From a virus (Duplodnaviria > Heunggongvirae > Uroviricota > Caudoviricetes), in the IMG/VR virus record IMGVR_UViG_3300024272_000027: a stretch of 64,000 nucleotides of DNA, one strand, 5' to 3'. The number at the start of each line of letters is the position of its first letter. Position 1 is the stretch's first letter. This document shows, piece after piece, positions 1-9,797 of the stretch. The position numbers and the translations under genes are program-made. Below the pieces are notes generated by a model. The model was not told the origin of the DNA. It did not search any database and was given only the letters and a program-made list of their open reading frames with translations.

Positions 1-291
1 TTCAACTTGGTCTCTACATCTTGACATTCGGAAAGACTGTTTGCCAAATATATACTCCTGACAGCTTAATGCTGCTAAATTCTTTTCCCAAGTCTTATCC
101 TTAGGGTATTCAGTTATCAACTCTGCGTTAATTCCAGCTTTCTTTAAATCTGCAAATATTTGAGCAGCTCCTGTACTCTTGCCAGCCCCTGGAGGGCCAA
201 ATAGATTCACAACGATAGGACTCTTTCTTGTTGATGTATGTAATACTACATCGTGTGCGTTAAATGTAACATCTTTAACTGCTATCTCCAT
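1..291 (-). CDS. P-loop NTPase / kinase-like protein (5'-truncated by window edge; N-terminus MEIAVKD... present)
   Basis: Reverse translation gives MEIAVKDVTFNAHDVVLHTSTRKSPIVVNLFGPPGAGKST..., with a Walker A GPPGAGKST about 30 aa from the start; ORF runs off the window start. Confidence 0.5.
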   Translation of the reverse strand, partial: MEIAVKDVTFNAHDVVLHTSTRKSPIVVNLFGPPGAGKSTGAAQIFADLKKAGINAELITEYPKDKTWEKNLAALSCQEYIFGKQSFRMSRCRDQVE

Positions 292-292
292 C

Positions 293-490
293 CTACGCTA
301 ACCACCCTTTCACTAATTCAATTGATGTTTTAATTGCTTCGCCTAATCCTTCAGCAAAGATGTATGCTGAGCCAACACCTGCAAACAGTAATCCTATCAT
401 CGGAGTGTTTAATTTTTTAGAAACTCTTTCAGGTATAAATACTACCACTATACCGATTACAAGTAAAATCAATGATATAAATGAAGTCAT
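293..490 (-). CDS. small membrane protein (two hydrophobic helices)
   Basis: ORF track; hydrophobic segments FISLILLVIGIVVVFI and MIGLLFAGVGSAYIF. Confidence 0.4.
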   Translation of the reverse strand: MTSFISLILLVIGIVVVFIPERVSKKLNTPMIGLLFAGVGSAYIFAEGLGEAIKTSIELVKGWLA

Positions 491-891
491 ATACTCACCT
501 CCGATTTAGATAAGCGTTCAGCCCTTGGTATATATGTACGACAGTTGTGATACGCTTCTTGTTTACGAACTCTGCCTAAGCATTCAGTCAACCCATTAAC
601 AAATGCTTTTGACGTGTTTTCGTTAAGCAGTTTTATAAAAGGTTCAAGTTCTTCAACTCTATCCTTATAATACCTACGCTCTTTAAGATGCTGTTTTAAA
701 GCGGTACCTAACTTAGCTTTGTTAGCTGACGATAAACTGTCTAATTCAAACTTATGTAAAAAATCTGATGTAAGTTTATCATACTTTTCTGACTGCTCTG
801 AACAGTAATCATACATTGACTTTGCTTCATTTATTAACTGCACAAACTTTGTAATTGAATCACTTAGATTTATCTTGTATTGACTTGTCAT
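487..891 (-). CDS. hypothetical protein
   Basis: ORF track; start/stop overlap coupling with neighbours. Confidence 0.45.
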   Translation of the reverse strand: MTSQYKINLSDSITKFVQLINEAKSMYDYCSEQSEKYDKLTSDFLHKFELDSLSSANKAKLGTALKQHLKERRYYKDRVEELEPFIKLLNENTSKAFVNGLTECLGRVRKQEAYHNCRTYIPRAERLSKSEVSI

Positions 892-1159
892 TTTTTATAA
901 CCCCATCTTCAATGAACTTCCCCGATACACATAGTACTTGCGTATAAGGTTCCAATCTTATAAAATCACCGAAAGCTAACCCTACAGCATATTGATACTC
1001 AACATTAGTGTCATCGCCCACTTCAGGTTTTAAGAAACTCTTAATACTATGTTGACCTACCTTTACATAAAGATTATTATTTGAATGCATAAATACATTT
1101 CCACAGCAAACATCTCGAATATCTTTATATTCAGTTTGTGCTCTTTTGATAACGTCCAT
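860..1159 (-). CDS. hypothetical protein
   Basis: ORF track. Confidence 0.4.
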   Translation of the reverse strand: MDVIKRAQTEYKDIRDVCCGNVFMHSNNNLYVKVGQHSIKSFLKPEVGDDTNVEYQYAVGLAFGDFIRLEPYTQVLCVSGKFIEDGVIKNDKSIQDKSK

Positions 1160-1162
1160 CTA

Positions 1163-1417
1163 TCATCTTCCTTTCTTTATTCTTGCTTTTCGTAACTGTT
1201 TACTTTCTTGTTTACTTGGAATATGCTCACGTGTAGCTAATACTGCTTTAATTCGTGATTGGTATCCTTCAATAATACCTCTATATTCAATATCCCATTC
1301 AATGGAGTGTGTTGCTCTAAGTTCTTTTAACAAAACACGAGTTTTCATAGCATTTAATTCGTCAGTTGTATAAAAGTGTTCTCCCCTACCGCTACGAGTT
1401 AATTGAACAAATTCCAT
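1163..1417 (-). CDS. hypothetical protein
   Basis: ORF track; consensus promoter immediately upstream. Confidence 0.45.
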   Translation of the reverse strand: MEFVQLTRSGRGEHFYTTDELNAMKTRVLLKELRATHSIEWDIEYRGIIEGYQSRIKAVLATREHIPSKQESKQLRKARIKKGR

Positions 1418-1500
1418 ATAAACAATCCTCCATCTAGTATATCATTATTATAGTATAAAAAAGGCGATATATCAACTAATTGTCAATATATCGCGTAATA

Positions 1501-1770
1501 TTAACTTGGAGGAAGTTTTGCTCCAATATTCATCAAGTCAACTGCTTGTGGACTTGAGTCATCGGACTCTTCTGCGATTTTAACTTGAATAGCTGTGTCA
1601 ATAAGTGCTCGAACATTTACAAGTTGGTCTAAGCTACAATCAAGCATTAAGTCGAAATTCTTTGGTAATGCTATCACGTCATTATCAACAACTGACTTAA
1701 CCGCTGCAACAGCTTCATTCACTTGAGCAGGTCCTTCCGTTTCATCAAAGTATAATACTGTTATCTTCAC
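1501..1770 (-). CDS. small acidic protein
   Basis: ORF track; acidic C-terminus (EESDDSS). Confidence 0.4.
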   Translation of the reverse strand: MKITVLYFDETEGPAQVNEAVAAVKSVVDNDVIALPKNFDLMLDCSLDQLVNVRALIDTAIQVKIAEESDDSSPQAVDLMNIGAKLPPS

Positions 1771-2668
1771 CTTTATTTGTCACCTTCTCTAGTAGTTTGC
1801 ATCTGTATGAATAACTCCACGGACAGTCAGGCTTACAGTGCTCTGCGTCTGTAAAACTGCTATGTTTACAACCGCTGAAACCATCGTCCTCATAACAAGG
1901 ATGAGTACCTTCATTTTGAAGTCTTTTCAATAAATCAAGTATCACATTGTAAGCATTGGAACATACTTTATCATATTGTTCAGCTGCTTGTCTGCGTTCT
2001 TTCATATAATGTTTATCTGCTTTATTTAAAAACGTATGCAGCAAAGAGTTATAAAGTTCAAAATCAATTTGTTGGTCATAGTAGGCAGGACGTTGTTGTT
2101 TTAGTCGTCCTATCTTATTCTCATCTTTATAATGATATGTAATAACTCCTATATCACCTGCAATTTCATTTTGAACTTCTTTATATAAGTTGTAAGGCAT
2201 AACATAGTAATTAAGATTGCCAATAAAGTTATGCCCATTCTTGCTATGAAAATCAGCTTTTGAAACTTTTATTTCAAAACAAATACAAGCAACAACTTCA
2301 TCTTTAGCTACTGATTTGCGTTTATAATAACAGCCGCCATCGTAGTTACATTGGAATACGTGATGGTCTGGTATTGATTTCAATTCATCAATAGTTAGTG
2401 CACAAGAATTGTCGTGAGCTAATTCGTTACTCCACATAAGAGCCCTAGGAGCTGAACAGTAATAATCATCTCTATGATTAGCGTACCCTTCAGCTAACCA
2501 CACACAATCAACTAATCCTTTATTTATATGAGCGTGTTCAACGGGTACTTCAAACTCCATATACTGATGTCTACGATAGTTTATCTCTAACTCACTTAGT
2601 TTAGCAGGGGAATAAGAACTTAAAGCGGCTTCTATATTCTTTGTTAGTATTGATTTACTCATCGTCAA
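1745..2668 (-). CDS. Cys/His-rich hypothetical protein (putative metal-binding)
   Basis: ORF track; many CxxC / HxxC-like clusters. Confidence 0.45.
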   Translation of the reverse strand: MTMSKSILTKNIEAALSSYSPAKLSELEINYRRHQYMEFEVPVEHAHINKGLVDCVWLAEGYANHRDDYYCSAPRALMWSNELAHDNSCALTIDELKSIPDHHVFQCNYDGGCYYKRKSVAKDEVVACICFEIKVSKADFHSKNGHNFIGNLNYYVMPYNLYKEVQNEIAGDIGVITYHYKDENKIGRLKQQRPAYYDQQIDFELYNSLLHTFLNKADKHYMKERRQAAEQYDKVCSNAYNVILDLLKRLQNEGTHPCYEDDGFSGCKHSSFTDAEHCKPDCPWSYSYRCKLLEKVTNKGEDNSIIL

Positions 2669-2849
2669 ACTCCACCTTTACCTTACAATCTAGAGGACAT
2701 ACGTCTGGTGCACAGTAATACTTATAAGGGTCACCTAACAGCTCACAACCACATTCTCTGTAACCAGTGTCACTTTCATAATGAGTTGTTTTACAATATT
2801 CACAAGTTTCCCAATCTGTGAGATATACATCTTCCTCTATACGACTCAA
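2655..2849 (-). CDS. small Cys-rich zinc-ribbon protein
   Basis: ORF track; CEYCK...CGC...C...C pattern. Confidence 0.4.
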   Translation of the reverse strand: MSRIEEDVYLTDWETCEYCKTTHYESDTGYRECGCELLGDPYKYYCAPDVCPLDCKVKVEFDDE

Positions 2850-3412
2850 TCTTCACTCAACCTCTTAATATTATTATTGATACGTTTGAACTGTTCACTT
2901 TCAAATATTACGTCAACCACTGACGCTCCAACCGCTTTACTTAATTCACTGTTATAAGTGTCTTTTATCAAACGATTTATTTCACCCTTAGTATCACGTG
3001 CAAAATCTTTCATAGCCGCTTGTATTTGTGTTGTAGGGTTAAGCTCTGATTTAATAAAGTCATCAAAACCTATCTTGCGTTCTTCAGTACGATATGTTCC
3101 CTCTACTTTTATAGTGAATGTCTTATCTTGGAAAGTTTTTTCAATCGTGCTGTTGATGTACTGACGAGGAGTCATCATTACCGGTTCACAGCCTAATCCT
3201 GTGCCAATAGGTATTTCAGTCTTATCAATATAATCACGAATAGATTGCTCTAGTATTTCATTTGTAATCTGTTCGATTTTATCTTTGTAATTTGCATTTA
3301 TAAAAGAAGTCGCTACTGAACGTATTGCATCTTCAATAGCCTCACCTGTCTGTTTTTTAGCAACTTCTTCAATTACGCCTTGAAGATTTTCTAAGTCAAG
3401 TGTTATTTTCAT
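2846..3412 (-). CDS. hypothetical protein
   Basis: ORF track. Confidence 0.45.
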   Translation of the reverse strand: MKITLDLENLQGVIEEVAKKQTGEAIEDAIRSVATSFINANYKDKIEQITNEILEQSIRDYIDKTEIPIGTGLGCEPVMMTPRQYINSTIEKTFQDKTFTIKVEGTYRTEERKIGFDDFIKSELNPTTQIQAAMKDFARDTKGEINRLIKDTYNSELSKAVGASVVDVIFESEQFKRINNNIKRLSED

Positions 3413-3644
3413 CTGTTTGAACCTCCACTAATTCAAATGTTACAAGTTCTATAGTTCCGTGTTTTCCTTTATTGGTGGAATACTTTGAGAACTCTTTATT
3501 AGCATAATTTCTATTGTAGTTATCAATTGTGCTTTGTGCGTTACCTTTTCGGTCCCAATACTTTCTTCTTGGGTATGTTAAATCTGACACAAGTTTACCA
3601 CTGCGAGTATCTCTTGCTGCGTACAAGTATATCTTATCTGCCAT
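3396..3644 (-). CDS. hypothetical protein
   Basis: ORF track. Confidence 0.35.
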   Translation of the reverse strand: MADKIYLYAARDTRSGKLVSDLTYPRRKYWDRKGNAQSTIDNYNRNYANKEFSKYSTNKGKHGTIELVTFELVEVQTDENNT

Positions 3645-4357
3645 TATAATTCACACATATCCTTGTAATTATGATAATCCTCAAATATCTCAGCAAGTCG
3701 GGGATGTCTGTTGCACTTAAGCTGCTCCCTACGCTGTTTTGTTTCAGTACAGAATCCAAACTCTTTACCATATTTCTCGCATTTAGGTACAAGATAACTA
3801 TCAAGTTCTGGAACTTGTAATAATACTTGTTTACGCATCTCCCAAGCAAGATTTCTTATTTCCCACTGAGCACAGGTACAAAGTCGCTCATTCATAAAGT
3901 TCATAAGAGTTCTAAGATTCATCTTAACTTCAATTTGAGTCTCACAAGCATTCGGTAATACCATACGAGCATCTTCATTAGGGATACCGAGTTCTTGTAG
4001 AAGCTTATATGTGTTAGCAAGATACTCCATTGCATTATCATAGATAACATTTGCGGCATCGCCTGGCTTCACTGTATTTGGTTTCACGTAATTAAAACCA
4101 TCTTCTGAACAGTATCTCTGACTCCTCTGTGCATAACTTGCAAGTCTATGCCTTACTAACTGATGACTTAATGCCCTACTGATTCCTTCAATATGGAATG
4201 TAAAGTCACAAAATTCAGTAACACTTGTGTGTCCTGATTTAATGCAATGCTTCATAATCTTTCCATCGCCAGTTGCTTCACTGTTATAACAATTACTCGC
4301 AGCTTCTTCAATAGCAAGAATTGGATTTTCAGTTATTCTTGTTAATGTTACTTTCAT
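3644..4357 (-). CDS. thyX: flavin-dependent thymidylate synthase ThyX
   Basis: 237 aa; ThyX signature RHR...S...SxR present as LVRHRLASYAQRSQRY. Confidence 0.85.
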   Translation of the reverse strand: MKVTLTRITENPILAIEEAASNCYNSEATGDGKIMKHCIKSGHTSVTEFCDFTFHIEGISRALSHQLVRHRLASYAQRSQRYCSEDGFNYVKPNTVKPGDAANVIYDNAMEYLANTYKLLQELGIPNEDARMVLPNACETQIEVKMNLRTLMNFMNERLCTCAQWEIRNLAWEMRKQVLLQVPELDSYLVPKCEKYGKEFGFCTETKQRREQLKCNRHPRLAEIFEDYHNYKDMCEL

Positions 4358-4368
4358 ATATAATCTCC

Positions 4369-4668
4369 TTAATCTTGTGATAATGAATAACCTTTGATAT
4401 GATTATCAAGTGCATTCAAGAATAATTCCAACTCATCAACCAATACGTCACGCCCTTGATATTTGCTACCTTTTCGTTTTTCTAATTCATAGAAATAATC
4501 ACGATAACTAACAAAATCAATACCAATGATTCCGTAACGCTCCGCTTTTGTTTTGTAGATATCCGGATTAGTGCAAACAACAATAGCTCCTGTTTCCTTT
4601 GCTAAAAGCATAAGTCGACTTGTCTTACCCGTTGCTCTCTTGTCAATAATTCTAATCATTTCCATCAT
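4369..4668 (-). CDS. hypothetical protein
   Basis: ORF track. Confidence 0.4.
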   Translation of the reverse strand: MMEMIRIIDKRATGKTSRLMLLAKETGAIVVCTNPDIYKTKAERYGIIGIDFVSYRDYFYELEKRKGSKYQGRDVLVDELELFLNALDNHIKGYSLSQD

Positions 4669-5251
4669 CCTTCTTTAATATTATGCAGTCACCGTAGTGA
4701 TTCTCACAATCATCATAGTGACATAAACAATCTGTATAAGAGCCTTCATACAGTTCAGTTCCAGTTCTCTCACAAACAATGACATATGTACCTTTAGGAA
4801 TCAATTTCCATTGATGCGAACGTTTACATTTACTAGTACAGTTAGTAAAATGATGCGCTTCAAGTACTGTAGCTATCTCCGCTACCATCTTAAATGTATC
4901 AGGAACTGGGCAGTCAGCTCGAGTAATATCGCTTTCAAAATCCGCCTCACTGCATATGTTGTAAAAACTACATCGTGGGCACATATAATCGTGGAAGAAT
5001 TCAGTAATATTGTAATCAAAGTCACTACTATCTAATTCATTATCCCACGGGTCAATCCAAGACCATAAGTCATTTATGACTTTATAACACTCAATATGTT
5101 GCTTCCAGTGGTAAACTTCACCGTCTTCTTTACATAAGTCATCGTGATAACTTGACCCTTTCGCAATAGTATCACCACACCAACTACAGGTATGCTCTTT
5201 ACGTGATTTATGTATATCTCTTGAACTAATCAACTGTGCCATACTTACCAT
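4652..5251 (-). CDS. Cys/His-rich hypothetical protein
   Basis: ORF track; CSWCGD, CPRC and other Cys pairs. Confidence 0.45.
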   Translation of the reverse strand: MVSMAQLISSRDIHKSRKEHTCSWCGDTIAKGSSYHDDLCKEDGEVYHWKQHIECYKVINDLWSWIDPWDNELDSSDFDYNITEFFHDYMCPRCSFYNICSEADFESDITRADCPVPDTFKMVAEIATVLEAHHFTNCTSKCKRSHQWKLIPKGTYVIVCERTGTELYEGSYTDCLCHYDDCENHYGDCIILKKDDGND

Positions 5252-5471
5252 TACCTCTTATTAGATTTTTCCAATGTGAAAGTTTATCCAACCCTTCAAA
5301 CTTATTATGAGTTCCGCATACAGGACATTGCCAGTACCATACATCATCGCCAGTTTGTAATGATTGAGTTACACTAAAATTCAAATCGTATGGATATATT
5401 GATAATGCAGAGTGACATCGCTCGCAATATCTAATTTCACTATAATTTCTATTTGTTTGAAGTATTTGCAT
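5226..5471 (-). CDS. zinc-ribbon protein
   Basis: CERCHS ... CPVCGTHN. Confidence 0.4.
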   Translation of the reverse strand: MQILQTNRNYSEIRYCERCHSALSIYPYDLNFSVTQSLQTGDDVWYWQCPVCGTHNKFEGLDKLSHWKNLIRGNGKYGTVD

Positions 5472-5697
5472 AATCTTTATCCATCCTTAGTATGTAATAG
5501 ACGTTAATCATCAAGGCAAATATATTTAAGAATGCGGTGCTATAAGCCGGTAGTAAAAATCCGTATATAATGAATATAGCACTGCCCAAAGAATTTAAAC
5601 TGCGTAGTATTAGCGCACCTTTACGAGTATTTGTTTTGAATAACAATGACACTAATACAAAAGCACTTGCAACAAAACCTATGATTTCAACCATCAA
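5449..5697 (-). CDS. small integral membrane protein
   Basis: Strongly hydrophobic throughout. Confidence 0.4.
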   Translation of the reverse strand: MMVEIIGFVASAFVLVSLLFKTNTRKGALILRSLNSLGSAIFIIYGFLLPAYSTAFLNIFALMINVYYILRMDKDYANTSNK

Positions 5698-5830
5698 TTA
5701 TCTCCCACATTTTATTATCAATATGTATGTAAAGTAATCCAAGATGATGCTTGATTACACAACGGTCATCTGACGTCATATCTCCTTGGACTGCGAATAC
5801 ATCTCCTGTGATTAAATTCTTAACAGACAT
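5687..5830 (-). CDS. small hypothetical protein (about 47 aa, not in ORF track)
   Basis: ATG preceded by AAGGAAGGTG RBS at 8-nt spacing; consensus promoter just upstream; reads MSVKNLITGDVFAVQGD... Confidence 0.3.
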   Translation of the reverse strand: MSVKNLITGDVFAVQGDMTSDDRCVIKHHLGLLYIHIDNKMWEIIDG

Positions 5831-5862
5831 ACAACATACACCTTCCTTTATATTACATTGTT

Positions 5863-5896
5863 ATTATAATATATGTATGATGTTTTATCAACTAAA
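5863..5896 (-). promoter_or_regulatory. sigma70-like promoter (TTGATA - 17 nt - TATAAT, extended AGTTGA upstream)
   Basis: Minus-strand read: TAGTTGATAAAACATCATACATATATTATAAT. Confidence 0.5.
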
Positions 5897-5897
5897 A

Positions 5898-5932
5898 TAA
5901 AATGAGCCGACGGTTTATTCGGCTCATTTTAA
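5898..5932. terminator. bidirectional intrinsic terminator (GAGCCGA...TCGGCTC flanked by A- and T-runs)
   Basis: Perfect 7-bp stem, symmetric AAAAT/ATTTT flanks. Confidence 0.55.
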
Positions 5933-6038
5933 AATAACTAGCTTATAATGTTTTATTTCCACAAGATATATGTAAGTTTACACTTTGGCACTATCTTCAA
6001 ATATGTTTATTATTTTTAATCTAACATATTTCTCTCAA

Positions 6039-6812
6039 TTACACGCTACGAAAATATTGCAATGCTTTTGTTGCATTACGTTGTCGTACCGAGTAATACT
6101 TAGAACTACATCTCTCATAATATTTTGCAAAATATAATGCTGCCTCTTGTTCATTTTGCATACTATAGAATGCATTTCCGCTTGGAATAACTTCAAATAA
6201 CTCAACACTAAGGAACTCAAGTTGTGCTTCTAAAGATGTTCCAAAATTATTCAACAGTCGAGATTTACGTCCTCCTGCCCACTGGCATATACCGTAGTAA
6301 GTAGAACTATTACTTGAATAATACGCCCATCTTGAAATATCAAGTGTTTGACCGCCTACTTCAGCCATTATATTTCCAAGTATACCTGCACATACGTAAT
6401 CATTAAGACCTAACCCTTTTAAATGATTCCACACTTGCGTTGCTTGTGTGTAGTTACCATCGGGCACGTGCTTCTTTGCAAGTGCTACTGGTTTACTCTG
6501 TTGTGCAATTCTCGCTTGTTGTTTTGCTTCTTCGAGCTGCTTCTTGAGTTCGTCAATCTCAGTCTGCTGCTCAGTTACTTTTTCCTCATATTCCTGAATT
6601 TGCTGATTCAATGCGTCATTGTCAGCTTCTGTTGCTGCCATATCATCCTGAGTCGATGTTACGGCATCCTTTTGCTTGTTGTAACGATTGTAATAATCAA
6701 CTGTGTACCCTGCAAGTACTACAATAGCAACTATACAAAGTGCTATGATTATATTTTTTATTAGATTGCTGCGTTTCTTAAGATAGTCAAGTATCTTAAA
6801 AATAATATTCAT
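6039..6812 (-). CDS. membrane-anchored coiled-coil protein with C-terminal lysozyme-like domain (putative)
   Basis: N-terminal TM helix, Q/E-rich coiled coil, C-terminal block AGILGNIMAEVGG...GICQWAG resembling phage tail-lysozyme-type domains. Confidence 0.4.
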   Translation of the reverse strand: MNIIFKILDYLKKRSNLIKNIIIALCIVAIVVLAGYTVDYYNRYNKQKDAVTSTQDDMAATEADNDALNQQIQEYEEKVTEQQTEIDELKKQLEEAKQQARIAQQSKPVALAKKHVPDGNYTQATQVWNHLKGLGLNDYVCAGILGNIMAEVGGQTLDISRWAYYSSNSSTYYGICQWAGGRKSRLLNNFGTSLEAQLEFLSVELFEVIPSGNAFYSMQNEQEAALYFAKYYERCSSKYYSVRQRNATKALQYFRSV

Positions 6813-6842
6813 TATTTACTCCCTTCGATTTAAGAAGAGCAC

Positions 6843-7022
6843 CTAACCATTCAACTGTTTATTTTTTCTATAAATGATAGTATACCCTTCGCTATCGCTA
6901 GTTATGTATAGAATAGTACCTCCGCAATTTTCTATTTCGTTCAACTTACTGGACAAGCGTTTCTGCCTGTCATCATACTCTAGTGGATGTGGTACTGTTG
7001 CAACTTCAATATTACTGTTCAT
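6843..7022 (-). CDS. small hypothetical protein (about 59 aa, not in ORF track)
   Basis: ATG with AAGGAGAT RBS 7 nt upstream; reads MNSNIEVATVPHPLEYDDRQ... Confidence 0.3.
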   Translation of the reverse strand: MNSNIEVATVPHPLEYDDRQKRLSSKLNEIENCGGTILYITSDSEGYTIIYRKNKQLNG

Positions 7023-7055
7023 AGTATATCTCCTTTGCTAAGTACTTGTATCATA

Positions 7056-7090
7056 AAGTTAGCCGTGATAGTTGTACCACGGCTAACAAT
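7056..7090 (-). terminator. intrinsic terminator hairpin GTTAGCCGTG...CACGGCTAAC
   Basis: 10-bp perfect stem just downstream of the 7111..7683 gene. Confidence 0.45.
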
Positions 7091-7110
7091 ACAACAATTA
7101 TATTATACAT

Positions 7111-7683
7111 TTAACTGAATAAACTCGGAACATCAGGATTGTCAAGAGTTCCGAATCCAGGACCTTCGCTACCGATACGATAGATGTTCTCAAAAGAGAT
7201 ATTTCTAATTTCTGTAGCGTCACCCTTCTTCCAATAAGAAGGGATAAGAATATCTTTATACTCTGATTCTTCCAAATCAAGCGGGCTGAGCCACTTAACA
7301 TCTGACCTGTCAGGAGTCATCAAGATATAACAACTGTAAGTGTGATGGCCTTTGTTAAAAGCAGCTGCATACAAGTAATCTTTACCTGTAGCTGTATTAT
7401 GGCGAACTTTATTCTTAAGAACCCATTCGTAGTTATTAACTCGTGCGACAGTTTCCTTAAGTCCTTCTTCTGCTTTGCGTGCAATCACGCTTGCTATATT
7501 GTGATAGTTAACACCCAATCGGGCAGAGGTTTCAACCACTTTAACCATCCTGTAACCCTGCTTCTTGTATTCGGCTTTAACGGGACATTCGGTCTTGTAC
7601 ATAATACGTGTAATAGTACCAGGTCTAACCTTTGCTGCCTCATTGATAATAACTTCCCTTTCCAATGCTTTCATAATAAACAA
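7111..7683 (-). CDS. hypothetical protein
   Basis: ORF track. Confidence 0.5.
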   Translation of the reverse strand: MFIMKALEREVIINEAAKVRPGTITRIMYKTECPVKAEYKKQGYRMVKVVETSARLGVNYHNIASVIARKAEEGLKETVARVNNYEWVLKNKVRHNTATGKDYLYAAAFNKGHHTYSCYILMTPDRSDVKWLSPLDLEESEYKDILIPSYWKKGDATEIRNISFENIYRIGSEGPGFGTLDNPDVPSLFS

Positions 7684-7712
7684 CCTTCCTATATGATTTA
7701 TTTTACAATATT

Positions 7713-7746
7713 ATTATATAGGAAGGCTGAAAATATTACAACTATT
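7713..7746 (-). promoter_or_regulatory. sigma70-like promoter (TTGTAA - 17 - TATAAT)
   Basis: Minus read TAGTTGTAATATTTTCAGCCTTCCTATATAAT. Confidence 0.45.
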
Positions 7747-8680
7747 TATTAACTTTTGCCATAAGTTTTTGGAAAACAGTATCTATAACTACGTGACCAT
7801 CAAGTACACGATTGAAGTTGTTTTCCTGATAGCTACCAGTTGCTCTCTTTGGAGCTATATGAGTAGCGAAGTCCGACGCTGCATTTACCATACCATAAGC
7901 TGTATTCTTATACTTAAGAATATCAGGAGCAAACATACATACCATAAACTGATTTTTAACTTCCTGAATGTTCTGCTTACGACGGTCGCTATCCTCTTCG
8001 TTAACAGGGAACAACTCGCTGAGAATCTTCTCAACTTCCTCATCAGTTATCTTTGTATGAGCAAGCTTATCCGCTGTAACAGCTAACTCATCCATATATT
8101 CATTTGCGAGCTGTAATGTGTGACGAGCTTCTGCCATTTTGCTTTCAAGATTACCAATGTGTTTTGTTGACCACGAACGAGTTGCCTTACTGAGTGCAAG
8201 ACTCAATGTGTTCTGACAAACAACTCTTACAGGAGTCATTATCGCTTTAATAGCACCGTAACCATCGTGTGAGTTTGTGAAACAGAGGTAAGGGTCAAAA
8301 TCTTCTTCAAGAATTTTCTTCTCGGGCATCTTTGCAAGTAAAAATATCTTCTTACCACCCATAAGAGAACCTGCTGTTTCATACTGACATCCTTCACCAA
8401 TAAGAGAATCTGTAAAGTCAAATGCATCTTTATTCTGAACTATCTGATATCTATCAGATACAATACCGAGAACTTTATTATCTGTATCACGCACATTGGC
8501 TTTATGATTCGGGATAACAATTCCGCCTTCAGTATAGATTGGTTTAGACTCAACAGTCCAGTTAAGGCCCGCCTTCTCGATTGCTTCAGCTGAGCATAAT
8601 GTGCCTTCAACAATCTCTCCTAAACCGTGCCAAGGAACTTGACGATTACCGCTAAACATTGTTTCTACTTCGTGTGACAT
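7742..8680 (-). CDS. DUF932 / phage-plasmid-like protein
   Basis: N-terminus MSHEVETMFSGNRQVPWHGLG matches the characteristic start of the DUF932 (TIGR03299) family. Confidence 0.5.
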   Translation of the reverse strand: MSHEVETMFSGNRQVPWHGLGEIVEGTLCSAEAIEKAGLNWTVESKPIYTEGGIVIPNHKANVRDTDNKVLGIVSDRYQIVQNKDAFDFTDSLIGEGCQYETAGSLMGGKKIFLLAKMPEKKILEEDFDPYLCFTNSHDGYGAIKAIMTPVRVVCQNTLSLALSKATRSWSTKHIGNLESKMAEARHTLQLANEYMDELAVTADKLAHTKITDEEVEKILSELFPVNEEDSDRRKQNIQEVKNQFMVCMFAPDILKYKNTAYGMVNAASDFATHIAPKRATGSYQENNFNRVLDGHVVIDTVFQKLMAKVNK

Positions 8681-8714
8681 AATAATTACCTTCCTTTTTA
8701 TTTATTATGTTTAT

Positions 8715-8748
8715 ATTATATATTGACAGTTTGAATATTACAACTAAC
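8715..8748 (-). promoter_or_regulatory. sigma70-like promoter (TTGTAA - 17 - TATAAT)
   Basis: Minus read TAGTTGTAATATTCAAACTGTCAATATATAAT. Confidence 0.45.
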
Positions 8749-8775
8749 AGTTAATAAAAAATAATATCGAATAAC

Positions 8776-9138
8776 TCATTTTACTTCCTCTAACATTTGT
8801 TTAGTAACTGTATCTAAATCGTCTTCATCTAGTACTCGTAATTCAACTTTACGTCGGTGAGCAGGATAGTACAGATGCGTTTTAAGTAAATCATTCATAC
8901 GCTGTATAGCAGAACGTAGATGGACACGGCGTGTATTTCTATGATACTGCGTGTTAGTTTCTATAACTTTCAACGCATCTTCCATCAACTTTTGTTTGCA
9001 CTTATCGGCATCTGATGCATATTCATTTAACGGACATTGAGCGCAAGGCTGCTCTTGAGAACATATCTTCAATGCTTTAATAGTTTCTTGTCTACTCATT
9101 ATATACTCCTCCTTGACTTTTATACCACTTGATGGCAT
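8776..9138 (-). CDS. hypothetical protein (Cys-containing)
   Basis: ORF track. Confidence 0.4.
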   Translation of the reverse strand: MPSSGIKVKEEYIMSRQETIKALKICSQEQPCAQCPLNEYASDADKCKQKLMEDALKVIETNTQYHRNTRRVHLRSAIQRMNDLLKTHLYYPAHRRKVELRVLDEDDLDTVTKQMLEEVK

Positions 9139-9358
9139 CTAATAGTTTAGTATTTTGTGGAATTTCAACTACAGACATCTCTTTGTGGTCAGACCATCCG
9201 GTAATGTTAACAGTTTTGGTGATATAATACTCCCCTTTGCTTTCAATCAATGCTAATTCTTCATTGATATAAACATCGTTACCAGGGCGGCTCAAGTCCG
9301 TAACAGAAATTATTTTCAAAAGATTTCCACCTTTCTTTAAGATTTTAATGAAAAACAA
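9092..9358 (-). CDS. hypothetical protein
   Basis: ORF track. Confidence 0.35.
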   Translation of the reverse strand: MFFIKILKKGGNLLKIISVTDLSRPGNDVYINEELALIESKGEYYITKTVNITGWSDHKEMSVVEIPQNTKLLDAIKWYKSQGGVYNE

Positions 9359-9469
9359 TTGTATAAATAAGTATTTAAGTTAATAAAGAAGGTAACTTAA
9401 TTTACTTATATTACATTATATAGAGATTTTAAAAGGTTTCACCTTAATTGATAGCGGCTTGGACGGCCG

Positions 9470-9742
9470 CTATTTTTGTTTGAATATATCACCTGCACGA
9501 TAACTTTGATGAACTGAATTGTTAACATATACAATACAAGGCATATTGTACTCTTTGAACTTTTGTAATCTGGCGTCTGCCCAAATAATACATTCGCAGT
9601 TATCATCAGCATAGATGTGTCGTTCTTCGACAGCTTCTGTTATTGGACTGTAATAGAATACGATAGCACTAAAAAGCCCTTTACTTGAAACATTACTAAG
9701 AATAACTTCTGCTTGTTCTCTTGTCATTCTAATTTCCTCCAA
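9470..9742 (-). CDS. hypothetical protein
   Basis: ORF track. Confidence 0.4.
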   Translation of the reverse strand: MEEIRMTREQAEVILSNVSSKGLFSAIVFYYSPITEAVEERHIYADDNCECIIWADARLQKFKEYNMPCIVYVNNSVHQSYRAGDIFKQK

Positions 9743-9797
9743 TGTAGCATTAGCTTACTTAGACGCTGCTAAGTTTTTATTGAAAAGTAATATAAGG

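Noticed and set aside
9450-9480. Hairpin AGCGGC...GCCGCT followed by TTTTTGTTT as a terminator
   Set aside because: The U-tract is on the plus strand, opposite to all transcription units, and the hairpin overlaps the stop codon of 9470..9742. It is possibly a weak bidirectional terminator but not convincing enough to list as a feature.
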